DNA of 64,000 nucleotides from a virus. A program made the position numbers and the translations under genes. The notes below the pieces were generated by a model. That model was not told the DNA's origin. It did not search any database and saw only the letters and a program-made list of their open reading frames with translations. Location of the stretch: the IMG/VR virus record IMGVR_UViG_3300032245_001127. One strand, given 5' to 3'. Of the stretch, positions 9,722-18,973 are shown piece by piece. Every line of letters starts with the position of its first letter. Within the stretch, counting starts at the first letter, position 1.

Positions 9722-10821
9722 AGATGTTTTACCAATATTCTTAAATATCTAGGTGTAAGTGCACCCTCTGTTGTTCCTCTAAATTGAAAACTTACTTTGT
9801 ACTTATCATTATTTATGATGGATTCAAAATTAATTGCTGCATATTTTCTTTTTCCAGATTCTGGATATATGTAAATTGGAGTTGTTGTAATATTTACTTT
9901 ATGATTGTCTCCTTGAATCACATCAATATCATTTTTCCCAACTGTAATTTTATTAATAATAACTACATCTCTTCCAAGTGCTTGATTAATAATATCAGCT
10001 AAATTAGCTTTTATTTTATCAAAACTTTTTGGCGATGTAACATTAGCAGCATACTTCGAACCAAATCCAGCCATACCAGCACCAGATAATCCAAAATAAG
10101 AATATGCTAATGGCTTAATCGAGTCATTATCGAAATATGCAATAGTGCTTCCGTTATAGATATAATAAGAATCAGTAAATTTAAGAGAACAAAATATTTT
10201 GTTTTGACCTTTATATAGAATATTGATATCGCTTACAGCTCCACCTGTGTTATTACCAATCAATAGTTTATTATTTGACCAAACTGCTGTCCTTTTTGTA
10301 TTTTGACTTCCAACAGCTTTTGCTTCTAATTGAGAAATAATTGAAGGAGTATTTAATTTATAATATGTAATAAATTTTTTATTAGAAAATAATGCAGTAA
10401 TTGTATCTGAGTGTTTTAATTCTTTAATAGGTGTTCCTTTAAAGTAATTGTTCAAATCAGCTTCTAGTTCATTTTCGAATAACTTACCACCAGATCCTTT
10501 ATTAATGATTGGTTTAAATAATATGTCCCCAAGAAATATTTTCTTAGTTTTAGTTCGATCTGAAAATAATTGAAATACACCTATTGAAGACTTAGAACTA
10601 GGAGTAATTTTATAAGATTTAACAAATGCTTTTGGATTAAGTACGACTTTATCTAAACGATTTTTAAATTGACTAAAACTATCGCTTCGAGCAGATTTAT
10701 CTTTAGTATAGATAACTATGTCTTTATTTTTAAATTCTATTTTTGCTGGCTTTTCTGTAAATACTTCATTGAGTTTTACTTTAAGCAAATCAAGTAATAT
10801 GCTTTCTGGAGTTGTAGCCAT
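9718..10821 (-). CDS. Putative PD-(D/E)XK restriction-like endonuclease
   Basis: GKLFENEL...SDINI...FCSLK pattern. Confidence 0.45.
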   Translation of the reverse strand: MATTPESILLDLLKVKLNEVFTEKPAKIEFKNKDIVIYTKDKSARSDSFSQFKNRLDKVVLNPKAFVKSYKITPSSKSSIGVFQLFSDRTKTKKIFLGDILFKPIINKGSGGKLFENELEADLNNYFKGTPIKELKHSDTITALFSNKKFITYYKLNTPSIISQLEAKAVGSQNTKRTAVWSNNKLLIGNNTGGAVSDINILYKGQNKIFCSLKFTDSYYIYNGSTIAYFDNDSIKPLAYSYFGLSGAGMAGFGSKYAANVTSPKSFDKIKANLADIINQALGRDVVIINKITVGKNDIDVIQGDNHKVNITTTPIYIYPESGKRKYAAINFESIINNDKYKVSFQFRGTTEGALTPRYLRILVKHL

Positions 10822-10822
10822 G

Positions 10823-11311
10823 TTAATAGAATTTTCTTTTCGTCCATCGCTCTTTACTTAGATCCATTTTTTCAACCCATTGAATAAACAATCCTTCTTC
10901 TCTACCCATTGCTTCAATTTCCCAAGGCTGATCCCAATAACTTGTTTTTTCAGAATTAACTTTTTTAGATCTAAAATTAGTAACGAAATTATTTTTTGTT
11001 TCTCTCATTTCTCCAGTCGCCCACTGTTTAATATGTACCATTTCATGAGCAAGTGTTTCGAGCAGACTTCTCATTGTTAGATCAGAATATAGATCTACAA
11101 TAAATTCTCTTGGAGGAACACTACAGTCTTCATAATATGCAGTTTCTCCATAGGAGTCTGTTTTTTTATAAAGATCTGATTTAAAATTAATTTTAATATC
11201 TAAAAGATTGTTTAATCTTGTTGAAACGAGTTTAGATAGGCAAAATTCTGCGAGAGATTTTGCATATTCTTTTTGTTTTTTTGTTCCACCTCTAAAAGTA
11301 ATTCTTGCCAT
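10823..11311 (-). CDS. Zincin-type metallopeptidase-like protein
   Basis: TLAHEMVHIKQ (HExxH) and YWDQPWEIEA. Confidence 0.75.
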   Translation of the reverse strand: MARITFRGGTKKQKEYAKSLAEFCLSKLVSTRLNNLLDIKINFKSDLYKKTDSYGETAYYEDCSVPPREFIVDLYSDLTMRSLLETLAHEMVHIKQWATGEMRETKNNFVTNFRSKKVNSEKTSYWDQPWEIEAMGREEGLFIQWVEKMDLSKERWTKRKFY

Positions 11312-11326
11312 ATGTATTATTTAGGT

Positions 11327-11593
11327 TTATTGAATATGCATTACCCAGTTAAAAATTGCTCGAATACAAAGGAAAATATATAAAAGATTCATAAAGATTC
11401 TTGGTGTATCTTTATCTGCAGATGCTGCATAAAACCATAGAGAACAAGAAAGAAGAGAAACTACCCAGCCAATCCATTGTGTAGCAATAGTCGCTTCACT
11501 TAATATAATACATGCTGTTAAACCAGATATTGCTGCAATCCATCTTGCGTAGCTATCGAATTTACTTTTTTTTAGTTTTGATAGATTTATCAT
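11327..11593 (-). CDS. Small multi-pass membrane protein
   Basis: About three hydrophobic helices. Confidence 0.6.
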   Translation of the reverse strand: MINLSKLKKSKFDSYARWIAAISGLTACIILSEATIATQWIGWVVSLLSCSLWFYAASADKDTPRIFMNLLYIFLCIRAIFNWVMHIQ

Positions 11594-11771
11594 ATTTTAT
11601 AATTCCAAGTGGATCTTCAATTTCTTCTAGTTTAATTATTTTTGCTCCAATGTAATTCGTTAATCTATCAGTTGCATCTTCTATTGAATCTGAATAAAAC
11701 CAAGATTTCAATATAGAATTATTAAACTCTACTTCAAACGACCATGCTTTATTAAGACGAGGTTTTACCAT
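11562..11771 (-). CDS. Hypothetical protein
   Basis: 69-aa ORF, SD AAGGA, overlaps neighbours. Confidence 0.55.
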   Translation of the reverse strand: MVKPRLNKAWSFEVEFNNSILKSWFYSDSIEDATDRLTNYIGAKIIKLEEIEDPLGIIKYDKSIKTKKK

Positions 11772-11923
11772 TTAAATATATCCTTAATAACTTCCCAAAG
11801 TGATGATGTTTTGTAATTGTCAACTTCTTCGTTTCCTTGACTTTGCCCTGATGGATTTATTGATTCTATTTCAGCTGACCAATTAGAATCGAACGAATCA
11901 TATTCATTATATTGTTTATTCAT
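11765..11923 (-). CDS. Small hypothetical protein (52 aa, not in track)
   Basis: MNKQYNEYDSFDSNWSAEIES...SSLWEVIKDIFKW fills the gap between neighbours exactly. Confidence 0.55.
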   Translation of the reverse strand: MNKQYNEYDSFDSNWSAEIESINPSGQSQGNEEVDNYKTSSLWEVIKDIFKW

Positions 11924-11924
11924 A

Positions 11925-12155
11925 TTATTTTCTTTTCTTTCTCATTGGTTCAATACCCCATTCAATCTTCTGCCATAACCTATCATAATTGTAATAAGAA
12001 ATTGACCAAAGTATATTCAATATTATTGTGGGCAGTAATGCTTGAGTCCAAGTCTGTCCTGTCAAAACAATTACTATATAAGAAGAAAGTATTACCCATA
12101 TTCTATAGATCAATGTTTTTACTAAAGTTCTTCGTGGAGTTATTCTATATTTCAT
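11925..12155 (-). CDS. DUF2061-like small membrane protein
   Basis: RTLVKTLIYRI...YYNYDRLWQKIEWG. Confidence 0.65.
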   Translation of the reverse strand: MKYRITPRRTLVKTLIYRIWVILSSYIVIVLTGQTWTQALLPTIILNILWSISYYNYDRLWQKIEWGIEPMRKKRK

Positions 12156-12176
12156 TAAAGTAATTATATATATTGT

Positions 12177-12314
12177 TTATTCATATATTTCAAAGTGATG
12201 ATTAATTTCTTCTATTGTTTTATTTTTTCTGTTATAATGTTTTTTATTTTTTACAACTTTTTGTTTAAATTTTGTTGTTCTTAATTCTTTTGCAATCGGA
12301 TTTCTTCTTCTCAT
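12177..12314 (-). CDS. ArfA-like small basic protein (45 aa, not in track)
   Basis: MRRRNPIAKELRTTKFKQKVVKNKKHYNRKNK... resembles the ArfA core [32 protein letters not shown]. Confidence 0.55.
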   Translation of the reverse strand: MRRRNPIAKELRTTKFKQKVVKNKKHYNRKNKTIEEINHHFEIYE

Positions 12315-12322
12315 ATTATACT

Positions 12323-12490
12323 CTATTTTTTAATGCAAGTAAATATCCAAGAGATAAATCTACAAATAAAATCAATAATAATGACTAAAACTAAAGAAAT
12401 TACTGCAATAATTATAAGACATATTGTAATCAACAAAGTACACAAAAATGTATATAATAAGAGTAATAATGATTTAATATTCGACAACAT
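12323..12490 (-). CDS. Small hydrophobic membrane peptide (55 aa, not in track)
   Basis: MLSNIKSLLLLLYTFLCTLLITICLIIIAVISLVLVIIIDFICRFISWIFTCIKK. Confidence 0.5.
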   Translation of the reverse strand: MLSNIKSLLLLLYTFLCTLLITICLIIIAVISLVLVIIIDFICRFISWIFTCIKK

Positions 12491-13070
12491 AATTTTTTAA
12501 AGTTTCACGCATTGTTTCAATTGATATTCCCCAATCTTTTGGAAGTGTTGGTGGATTCGATCCGATTGGGTATAAAGATACTGATATTGCTTTTCTTGGA
12601 GAATTAGTAGTAATTACATTATGAGGTTGCCCACTTACAATACATGTTGGTGTTCGAACAGTACATCTTTCAATCTCAGTAACTTCTTCAGGCAAAAACG
12701 AATAACTATAATCATCATATTTACCATCATCTTGTTCTCCATCAGTTGCTTTCGGAACCCAATTAGATTTTGGTTTATACCAAACATTATAATGTTCACT
12801 ATCTGAATATGCCCAATTTAATTTGCATTTATTACTAAATTCAGTTGCATCTACATGTATTTCCATAAAGTAATTTGCAGGAAATGAAAAGACTTCAGCA
12901 TCCCAATACATTAATCCATGAGATTCTGCCCACAAAATTAGTTTTGGGTTATAATATTCTTTTGGCACTGTAATAAAACAAGGACCAAGGTTATTAAACC
13001 AAATTTGTCCTTCTTCATTTAGTGGTGAAGTAATTCCAGGAATATTTAAATGAAAATAATTTTTAGCCAT
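12474..13070 (-). CDS. Double-stranded beta-helix (2OG-Fe(II)/cupin-like) protein
   Basis: EIHVD (HxD)...QPHNV...PRKAISV. Confidence 0.5.
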   Translation of the reverse strand: MAKNYFHLNIPGITSPLNEEGQIWFNNLGPCFITVPKEYYNPKLILWAESHGLMYWDAEVFSFPANYFMEIHVDATEFSNKCKLNWAYSDSEHYNVWYKPKSNWVPKATDGEQDDGKYDDYSYSFLPEEVTEIERCTVRTPTCIVSGQPHNVITTNSPRKAISVSLYPIGSNPPTLPKDWGISIETMRETLKNYVVEY

Positions 13071-13512
13071 GAAATATGATTGGATTAGTCATTCCTTTTT
13101 CCCAGAAATATAATTTAGTTTCTGGACACAATTTTTTTAGTCCTTTTAATACTCTTACATTATCTTCTGTATGAGCCACCGAATTAATATGATTAATGAT
13201 CGATGATTTAAAGTCTACAACGTTTTTTACAGTTCTTGACGTATTTAAAAGATTAATAGATAATATTCTATTCGGAAAATATTTATTCAACCAATTACTT
13301 GTTATTTCCCATGTTCGTTGGTCTTTTTTTCTTGCAGAAATTACATGAAATTTTTCTTCAGGAGGATTAAATAACAACTCAGCATTTTCATACCAGTCAT
13401 ATAAAAATTCTTTTCTTGCGTTTCTTTCAGCACCATTCATATGTCCCCATTTTTTTATATTTGGTGGTGGATTTAAAGCAAGAACACCATCCATATCGTA
13501 AGTAACTATCAT
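13063..13512 (-). CDS. HAD-superfamily phosphatase
   Basis: YDMDGVL (DxD motif I), VISAR, K, TEDN; start reassigned to 13512 (ATGA overlap with upstream gene). Confidence 0.7.
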   Translation of the reverse strand: MIVTYDMDGVLALNPPPNIKKWGHMNGAERNARKEFLYDWYENAELLFNPPEEKFHVISARKKDQRTWEITSNWLNKYFPNRILSINLLNTSRTVKNVVDFKSSIINHINSVAHTEDNVRVLKGLKKLCPETKLYFWEKGMTNPIIFHG

Positions 13513-14513
13513 AATAATATTGGATCTATATTGGTTTCGTAGTCGACTATTGATTTTTGTTTTTCCCAAATTAGTTTTCTTTTTTCTGCTGAAAGAGAAA
13601 CAAATTTATTTAAATCTTCAGCAGTTTCTACTGGGAAAGTCCATAATAATCCATCATTTCCTCGAGGAGAACAAACAGGAATACCTGCATAAAGAGCGTG
13701 AAAGGCACGACCTGTTCTCCAACCTGCTTCTTTATGTTTATTATCATAAACTGTTAAACAACCTTTATAATTTCTATAAAAATTTCTTCTATCTTTTTGT
13801 TGAGGGTTTTCAATTACATTTGTATTATAACCATCCCATTCTTTTGGTTTTCCTGCTATCTCTAAATAAGACGATTTTAAAAATTCTTTAAAATACTTTG
13901 TTCTTCCATTTGGTCTACCAATATATACGCATTTATCAATTGAACCACTTGAAAATTCAGCAAATTGCATTCCGTTTGCCATTGGTAAATCTACAATCCT
14001 ACAATCAGGTGGACATTTAAGTATTTTAGAAACTTCAGTTGGATTAGTTGCATTTGCAGCAATAGTCCATCTAGACCACTTTTCATTTGGTAATAGATCC
14101 CAAAGAAATGGAAGATCTGGATCGTCATTAATAAAAATAATCCTACCTGAATGTGAATTAATTATTTCGATTGTTTTATCCCAATCTTTTTTATAAAATT
14201 GTATATTCGTTCCGCCAAACTCTAGTATAAGAACATTACAGTGAGTATATGAATCGAAAGATGTAAATCCGTCAGCATAGGTTGCTTCTGTCGGAGTTGA
14301 TAAAGGAATTATTTGATAATTTGAAGAAAGTAGATTTTTAAAAAGTGCTATGCGTTTTTCTACCCAAGCACCACGAATACCAGATTCGTTATTTGTAAGA
14401 CCTATTTTGCCAGATACTCTACGATATCCTATTTTCAGACCTGTGTTTTTTGCATTGGCTGAATAATACCATTCAAGAAGTCTATCTTCTCCTAAAAATT
14501 CATGGAGAGACAT
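13509..14513 (-). CDS. T4 beta-glucosyltransferase-like GT-B glycosyltransferase
   Basis: FINDDPDLPF, YIGRPNGR and VYDNKH...TGRAFHALYAG resemble T4 BGT LFTDIRLPF, YGGSFRSGQR and IGDKNY...TLRVWETMAS. Confidence 0.65.
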   Translation of the reverse strand: MSLHEFLGEDRLLEWYYSANAKNTGLKIGYRRVSGKIGLTNNESGIRGAWVEKRIALFKNLLSSNYQIIPLSTPTEATYADGFTSFDSYTHCNVLILEFGGTNIQFYKKDWDKTIEIINSHSGRIIFINDDPDLPFLWDLLPNEKWSRWTIAANATNPTEVSKILKCPPDCRIVDLPMANGMQFAEFSSGSIDKCVYIGRPNGRTKYFKEFLKSSYLEIAGKPKEWDGYNTNVIENPQQKDRRNFYRNYKGCLTVYDNKHKEAGWRTGRAFHALYAGIPVCSPRGNDGLLWTFPVETAEDLNKFVSLSAEKRKLIWEKQKSIVDYETNIDPILL

Positions 14514-14517
14514 AGGA

Positions 14518-15813
14518 TTAAAAGAATGATTCTAATGACGATTTACGTGACTCAGGATGATATTTAATTAATATTTCTTCACCCAATCTAGACTCAAGAT
14601 AATTGTACCACTCTTCTTGATCCCACATTCCTTCGCTCACACCATTCCATAATTCTCTTTGTAATGGATGGTTTTTATTCTTTCTACGATCTTCGACATA
14701 ATTTTTTCTTGTCATCTCATAGTTCCATGAGCCAAGTTCTAGCATTTTTTCTCTAAAATAACACACGAATGAAATACGTTCACAATCAGCTTCAGCTTTC
14801 ATTTCAGTATTTCCATGAATGCCCTCGTGATTATTCACTAATAATAAATCTCCTGGACGAACATCAACAGCAACACGATATTCTGGAAATACTAGATAGC
14901 CACCTGTATATTTACCATTATTCGATACAACTGTTAAATTACTAAATCCTTCATTTAAATCGCCAGCATCTCTATGAGCAGCAGTTCTAAATGTTTTATT
15001 TACAGTCATTGTAGTAAATACAGTTCCTGGAATTACGAATTTACTATCTAATTTATTACATGCTTCCTTTTGTTTTGCAAATCTTTCTGGTAATAACTTT
15101 TCAAATCCAGACGATAATGCTTGTAGAAAAGGAAATCCCATAGCAAATTTCTCAGGATTTTTTTCTGTAAATGCAGTTGCACGACCATAAGGAATACGTG
15201 GATATCTATCGAAATACCCAGCAATCCCTGAAAATACAGCATTAGCATAAGTAGTTGTAGATGTTAATTTAGTTTTTACACGAGTTGCTTCTTTAATCGC
15301 ATCTTCTTGCGACAGAGTACGTACTTCATCAAGCCAGTTTTCAAATACAAATCCTTCGTCAGTAACTTTATTAATCAACCAAACGTTTCCTCTTGGAGAA
15401 ACTTCAGCTTTATTTTTAGATTTATATTTTTTGTTTACTTCATCAATTGGGTGTGTTCCATCTAAATTTGATTTAAAGTTCATCAATTTATCAAGCATTT
15501 CTTCTTGATATTCAGTTACCCAGTCACGACTTCCTAATTTAGAAGATTTTGGACCTGCTGCCATACCACGATTTTGAGTTTCAATTGCTGCTTCTCTTAA
15601 TCCAGTATATGCAGTTGATTGTTGTTCTTTAGTGAAATAATTTTTACGAAATTTAAAGATTATATTTTTTTCTGAATTGATACCATCAATTGTAGGTGCA
15701 TAGAAATCTGCATCATATGTTACTAATGTGTCGTAGTTAGATTCATCTACGAATTTTCCTAATAGGTGTTCGCAATCTAATTTAGTTTTAGTATTTAAAA
15801 TTTTAGTTTCCAT
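14518..15813 (-). CDS. TET/JBP-family 5-methylpyrimidine dioxygenase
   Basis: FTTMTVN..TAAHRDAGD (HxD), HGNT, RISFVCYFRE. Confidence 0.8.
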   Translation of the reverse strand: METKILNTKTKLDCEHLLGKFVDESNYDTLVTYDADFYAPTIDGINSEKNIIFKFRKNYFTKEQQSTAYTGLREAAIETQNRGMAAGPKSSKLGSRDWVTEYQEEMLDKLMNFKSNLDGTHPIDEVNKKYKSKNKAEVSPRGNVWLINKVTDEGFVFENWLDEVRTLSQEDAIKEATRVKTKLTSTTTYANAVFSGIAGYFDRYPRIPYGRATAFTEKNPEKFAMGFPFLQALSSGFEKLLPERFAKQKEACNKLDSKFVIPGTVFTTMTVNKTFRTAAHRDAGDLNEGFSNLTVVSNNGKYTGGYLVFPEYRVAVDVRPGDLLLVNNHEGIHGNTEMKAEADCERISFVCYFREKMLELGSWNYEMTRKNYVEDRRKNKNHPLQRELWNGVSEGMWDQEEWYNYLESRLGEEILIKYHPESRKSSLESFF

Positions 15814-15895
15814 TTTTATTCTCCAATCATATTATAATATATTTAATCTTGCAACGCAAATTATATATCTTTAAATTGTGTTCCAATTTCGTCTT

Positions 15896-17290
15896 TTATT
15901 CAAAATTAAATGGCTTTTCTTGCAAGATTCGCTCACCAATTGCGCTCTTGTCGAATATAGGTTTATCATCATTAAATTTTTGCCCACTGTCAGATATATT
16001 TTTTTGAGCAGACATTTCAACATTATATAATTTCATTTTAGATCTATCAACACCAATTACAAATCTTTTATAATAGTTTGGGTCATTATAACGATTTTTT
16101 AATTGTTTCACCATCATCTGCCCAAGACTAAGTAGTTCTTCAGTAGAAATAAGTGCAAACATAAAATCAGCTGTTGCTGGAAGACCAAAAGATTCAGAAG
16201 TATCTTCTAATCCAACATCAGTATTTGTAAAACCAGATCTAGTTGTTTGAGTTGCTGTTACAACTGGAAGATTATATTCAACAGCTAATCCTCTTAATTC
16301 TTCAGCAATACTCTTAATAATTGTATATGAATTAAAATTACCATTAGATTTAAGCCTTACAGATGTGCATATATTCAAATAATCAACATAGATAATATCT
16401 GGTGTAAAATTTCTTTTAATTGCTAACTCTTCAAGTAATGAACGAAAATGCCCAACATGAGCAGTTGCAGTAGGATATTCTTTTACGATTAATTTGCCAC
16501 GAGTTTTAAATTTAATTTTGTCAATTTTACGTTTATAACTTTCTCTATCTACAGTCTTTAACTCGTCAAATGTTATATTTAATAGATTTGCATCTATACG
16601 TTCAGCAATACGTTCTTCAGCCATCTCAAGTGTTATATAAAGAACATTTAAACCATTCATTAAATTAGTTGCAGCATTATGACACATGAATAAAGATTTA
16701 CCAACACCAGTACCAGCAAGAGCAACAGTCAACGTTTTATTGCTAAGTCCCCCACGTGTAATGGTGTTGAATAAATCTAAATCGAAAGGAATTTTTTCTT
16801 CAACTCGTGTATAAAAATCAAATCGTTCTTCATAATCTTCTATATAATCATGTCCAACTGATTTATCAAAAGAAACACTTAGTGCTTCTGATAATAAAGA
16901 TGGTATGCTATCTTGTTTTCTTATTTTATCACGACCATCTATAATTTTAATACTGTCCATAATTGAATTATAAACAGCTTTATTTTTACAGAATTTTTCA
17001 GTTTCATCTACTAACCATTTTTGATTAGTTTCTTCAGGTTTTAATGTTTGTAGGAGTGCTTGTGCTTGTTGAAAGTCTTTTTCAAAAAGAGATTTATTAT
17101 TGTTTAATTCTACGTTTAGAATTTCAATAGTTGCAGGTTTATTATATTTTGCAAAGAATGCTATAAATTCGCCAGCAATAGCTTTTTCTATATTATCTGA
17201 AAAATATTCAGTTTTAATAAAAGGTATTACTTTTCTACAATAATCTTCGTTATGTATTAGATTCTTTAGAATCGTTGTCTCTATGCGCAT
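15896..17290 (-). CDS. gp41: Replicative DNA helicase
   Basis: AGTGVGKS, TLEMAEERI, VDYLNI, TATQTTR, KQLKNRY. Confidence 0.95.
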   Translation of the reverse strand: MRIETTILKNLIHNEDYCRKVIPFIKTEYFSDNIEKAIAGEFIAFFAKYNKPATIEILNVELNNNKSLFEKDFQQAQALLQTLKPEETNQKWLVDETEKFCKNKAVYNSIMDSIKIIDGRDKIRKQDSIPSLLSEALSVSFDKSVGHDYIEDYEERFDFYTRVEEKIPFDLDLFNTITRGGLSNKTLTVALAGTGVGKSLFMCHNAATNLMNGLNVLYITLEMAEERIAERIDANLLNITFDELKTVDRESYKRKIDKIKFKTRGKLIVKEYPTATAHVGHFRSLLEELAIKRNFTPDIIYVDYLNICTSVRLKSNGNFNSYTIIKSIAEELRGLAVEYNLPVVTATQTTRSGFTNTDVGLEDTSESFGLPATADFMFALISTEELLSLGQMMVKQLKNRYNDPNYYKRFVIGVDRSKMKLYNVEMSAQKNISDSGQKFNDDKPIFDKSAIGERILQEKPFNFE

Positions 17291-17735
17291 ATTTCTCCAT
17301 TTCTTCTAATCCACCTCTAAAAAGTATATTTCCTTTTTTCAAAGAATCTTCGATACTTGCCATTAAAAAATCACCAAGCATTTTTTCTATTTCAGCTTGT
17401 GTTAATGGTCTTCCCATTTTAATTAATTTTTCTTGGTCTAGATTTTCTAAGTCGTATTGATATGATAATGAAATAGTGCCGTCATCTTTTGGAACAAATG
17501 TAACTTGTCCAAAACTTACAATTATATTGTCCATCACACCAGATGTAAATTGTATTTTAGTTCCACCCCATTTACCTTTTTCTTTTAGAATTAAATGTGG
17601 AGGAATAGATGCAGGAAGTGTTGCAAGATATTCATCTCTTGCTTTATTATAATGCTCTTCGCTTTCAAAAGATTTAGGATCTAATAAAGGAAAGAGTTTT
17701 ATATTATTATTCTTTAGATCGTCTTGATTTTCCAT
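17250..17735 (-). CDS. gp40-like head vertex assembly chaperone (tentative)
   Basis: Syntenic between uvsX and 41 as in T4; FGQVTF..LSYQY. Confidence 0.45.
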   Translation of the reverse strand: MENQDDLKNNNIKLFPLLDPKSFESEEHYNKARDEYLATLPASIPPHLILKEKGKWGGTKIQFTSGVMDNIIVSFGQVTFVPKDDGTISLSYQYDLENLDQEKLIKMGRPLTQAEIEKMLGDFLMASIEDSLKKGNILFRGGLEEMEKYAHRDNDSKESNT

Positions 17736-18804
17736 TCTTTTTTTCCTCTTTTTCTTCTGGCACTTCTGCTACATTTTCAGAAACAGGAATGGAAGAGCCA
17801 TATTTAAAAGTTTTTTGAGTATATTCGTCTATTTGTTTTAATATATCGTCAGTAAAAAATTCAGTAGGATTTTCAGATATATTTTTACCGAACACTTTTT
17901 TACTTCCAACATCAATACGTCCACCCTCTGATTTCCAGATACCAGCTTCAATTGCGAGATCAGTCAATCCATGATAACGATCTAGACCTGTTTCAAAAGA
18001 AAGTTTAGATTCTACTCTTAAAAATTCTCTTGTAAATCTAGATTTTTGTAATGTTGCTTTTATAATATTTCCTACGACAGATTTATCTGCATCTTTATCT
18101 TTTGATTTACTTAAATACACAATTGTACTTGCAGCATATTTTAATCCACCACCACCACCCATTTCTTTAGTTGGTACATAAGCACCTATAACATCATAAG
18201 TGTGATTAGTTACTATCATTGGAATATCTAATTTAGATAATTTAAGAGCCAATACTCTGAAAGCACCACGAATTAATTGTGATCTTGTCATATCTCTTGT
18301 ATCTTTTCCTTCTAAAGTATCTGCTACTTCTTTTTCAGTTGAAAGATTACCAAGTGAATCTAGAACAAATAATACTGGATGTCTTGCTCCTTTTGGTACT
18401 TGAGTAACATTATCTAATATTTTCATCGCTTGAGTTCTAAATTCTTGAACTGTAGAAACAGGAATTAGTACAAATCTTTTTGGATCTATACCTCTTTCAG
18501 CAAGCATTTCTTTCGTAATGGCACCCTCTGTTTCAAAATAAATAACACCAGCTTGTGGACCAAGTTTTTGAAATGTTTTACAAATACCCAATGCAAAAAA
18601 CGTTTTACCAGTAGATGCTTCTCCTGCAAGTGCAGTTATTTTATTTCCTGGAAGACCACCAAAAATACTACCACTTAATAACGCATTAAATGCATAAGAT
18701 CCTGTATCCATAAATTGTGTATTATCACCTACGATATCACCATCAGCAGTTCCAGCATATTCATTATTAATATTTTTAATTACGTCTTTTAAATAGTCTG
18801 CCAT
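17707..18804 (-). CDS. uvsX: RecA-like recombinase
   Basis: AGEASTGKT, LDSLGNL, NHTY, MGGGGGLKYAAS. Confidence 0.95.
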   Translation of the reverse strand: MADYLKDVIKNINNEYAGTADGDIVGDNTQFMDTGSYAFNALLSGSIFGGLPGNKITALAGEASTGKTFFALGICKTFQKLGPQAGVIYFETEGAITKEMLAERGIDPKRFVLIPVSTVQEFRTQAMKILDNVTQVPKGARHPVLFVLDSLGNLSTEKEVADTLEGKDTRDMTRSQLIRGAFRVLALKLSKLDIPMIVTNHTYDVIGAYVPTKEMGGGGGLKYAASTIVYLSKSKDKDADKSVVGNIIKATLQKSRFTREFLRVESKLSFETGLDRYHGLTDLAIEAGIWKSEGGRIDVGSKKVFGKNISENPTEFFTDDILKQIDEYTQKTFKYGSSIPVSENVAEVPEEKEEKKNGKSRRSKE

Positions 18805-18805
18805 T

Positions 18806-18973
18806 TTAATAACTCCTTAGTTGTTGTAATGTATTTGCGTTTTCAAGTTTTGATATTGTATCTTCAACTTCGTAAATATCTTCTTCTAGTTCTCTAATTT
18901 TTAGTGAATTTGATTCAAATTCTAATTGGTATTTTAATTCTTTTAATTGTTTTTTTAATAGTTCTATGTTCAT
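18806..18973 (-). CDS. Small coiled-coil hypothetical protein
   Basis: Start reassigned to MNIELL, downstream of SD AAGGA and a promoter. Confidence 0.55.
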   Translation of the reverse strand: MNIELLKKQLKELKYQLEFESNSLKIRELEEDIYEVEDTISKLENANTLQQLRSY

